64,000 nucleotides of DNA from Christensenellaceae bacterium (GTDB lineage: Bacteria > Bacillota > Clostridia > Christensenellales > Borkfalkiaceae): assembly GCA_045647765.1 (NCBI GenBank), contig JAZRMR010000005.1, forward strand, positions 1,522 to 65,521. Direction: 5' to 3'. A model generated the notes under the pieces. The model saw only the letters and a program-made list of their open reading frames with translations, was not told the DNA's origin and did no database searches. A program made the position numbers and the translations under genes. How positions within the stretch are numbered: the first letter of the stretch is position 1; the number at the start of each line of letters is the position of its first letter. Positions 63,848-64,000 of the stretch are shown one piece after another.

Positions 63848-64000
63848 TGGAAAATCAACAATCGTTCGGGCTTCTTGGCAGAAAACTCGGGCATAGTTAT
63901 TCTAAAATTATACATAATTTGCTCGGCAGATATTCTTATGAATTATTTGAGGTTGAACCTGATAAATTAGAGCAATTTATTAATAGCAAAGTAAATGGGT
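63847..64000 (+). CDS. aroE: Shikimate dehydrogenase, 5' part (runs off the window)
   Basis: MENQQSFGLLGRKLGHSYSKIIHN resembles the AroE N-terminal GLIG-x-HS-SP-x-HN motif. TGATG overlap with pheA. Confidence 0.7.
   Translation, partial: MENQQSFGLLGRKLGHSYSKIIHNLLGRYSYELFEVEPDKLEQFINSKVNG

Overview
The window looks like a core chromosomal segment of an AT-rich, spore-forming Firmicute (Clostridia-like). The evidence is Bacillus/Clostridium-type synteny (yqfC-yqfD-pgpH-ybeY-era-yqzL-recO), plus ylbJ, a ymxH-like gene and strong GGAGG-type ribosome-binding sites. It is densely packed with housekeeping genes, mostly on the + strand:
- Central metabolism and translation: tkt, proS, mnmE, ppdK, alr, rpsB-tsf and an EF-G paralogue.
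- Envelope and ion homeostasis: uppP, mscL, and mgtE behind an M-box riboswitch.
- RNA and DNA maintenance: rsmD-coaD, rarA, tex.
- Sugar, cysteine and Fe-S metabolism: nagA and cysK-rrf2-nifS-nifU.
- A translationally coupled aromatic amino-acid operon, aroF-tyrA-aroB-aroA-aroC-pheA-aroE, which runs off the right edge.

The left end is more accessory. It holds a truncated nuclease-like remnant, an orphan glycyl-radical enzyme with its activase and an AraC regulator, and a pnuC-like transporter cassette.

No rRNA, tRNA, CRISPR array, transposase or recognisable defence operon was seen. The signals I could not explain with standard annotation are all small and non-coding or regulatory:
1. A 20-codon YFYFYF leader peptide plus terminator in front of the aro operon. 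This would be ribosome-mediated attenuation, which is unusual for this phylum.
2. A tandem array of three promoter-to-terminator units with no credible ORF at 42.7-43.1 kb. Two are near-identical 124-125 bp repeats with a pyrimidine-rich, anti-Shine-Dalgarno-like 5' segment.
3. A GC-rich structured island at 5.04-5.19 kb. It shares a 9+4+9 nt hairpin motif with that array, and a partial inverted copy lies on the other side of pnuC.
4. A terminator-containing leader upstream of pnuC that matches no riboswitch class I recognise.
5. Unusual Cys/Pro and Cys/His low-complexity extensions on two small conserved proteins.

All calls were made by eye from the sequence and the ORF track. No searches or folding programs were run.
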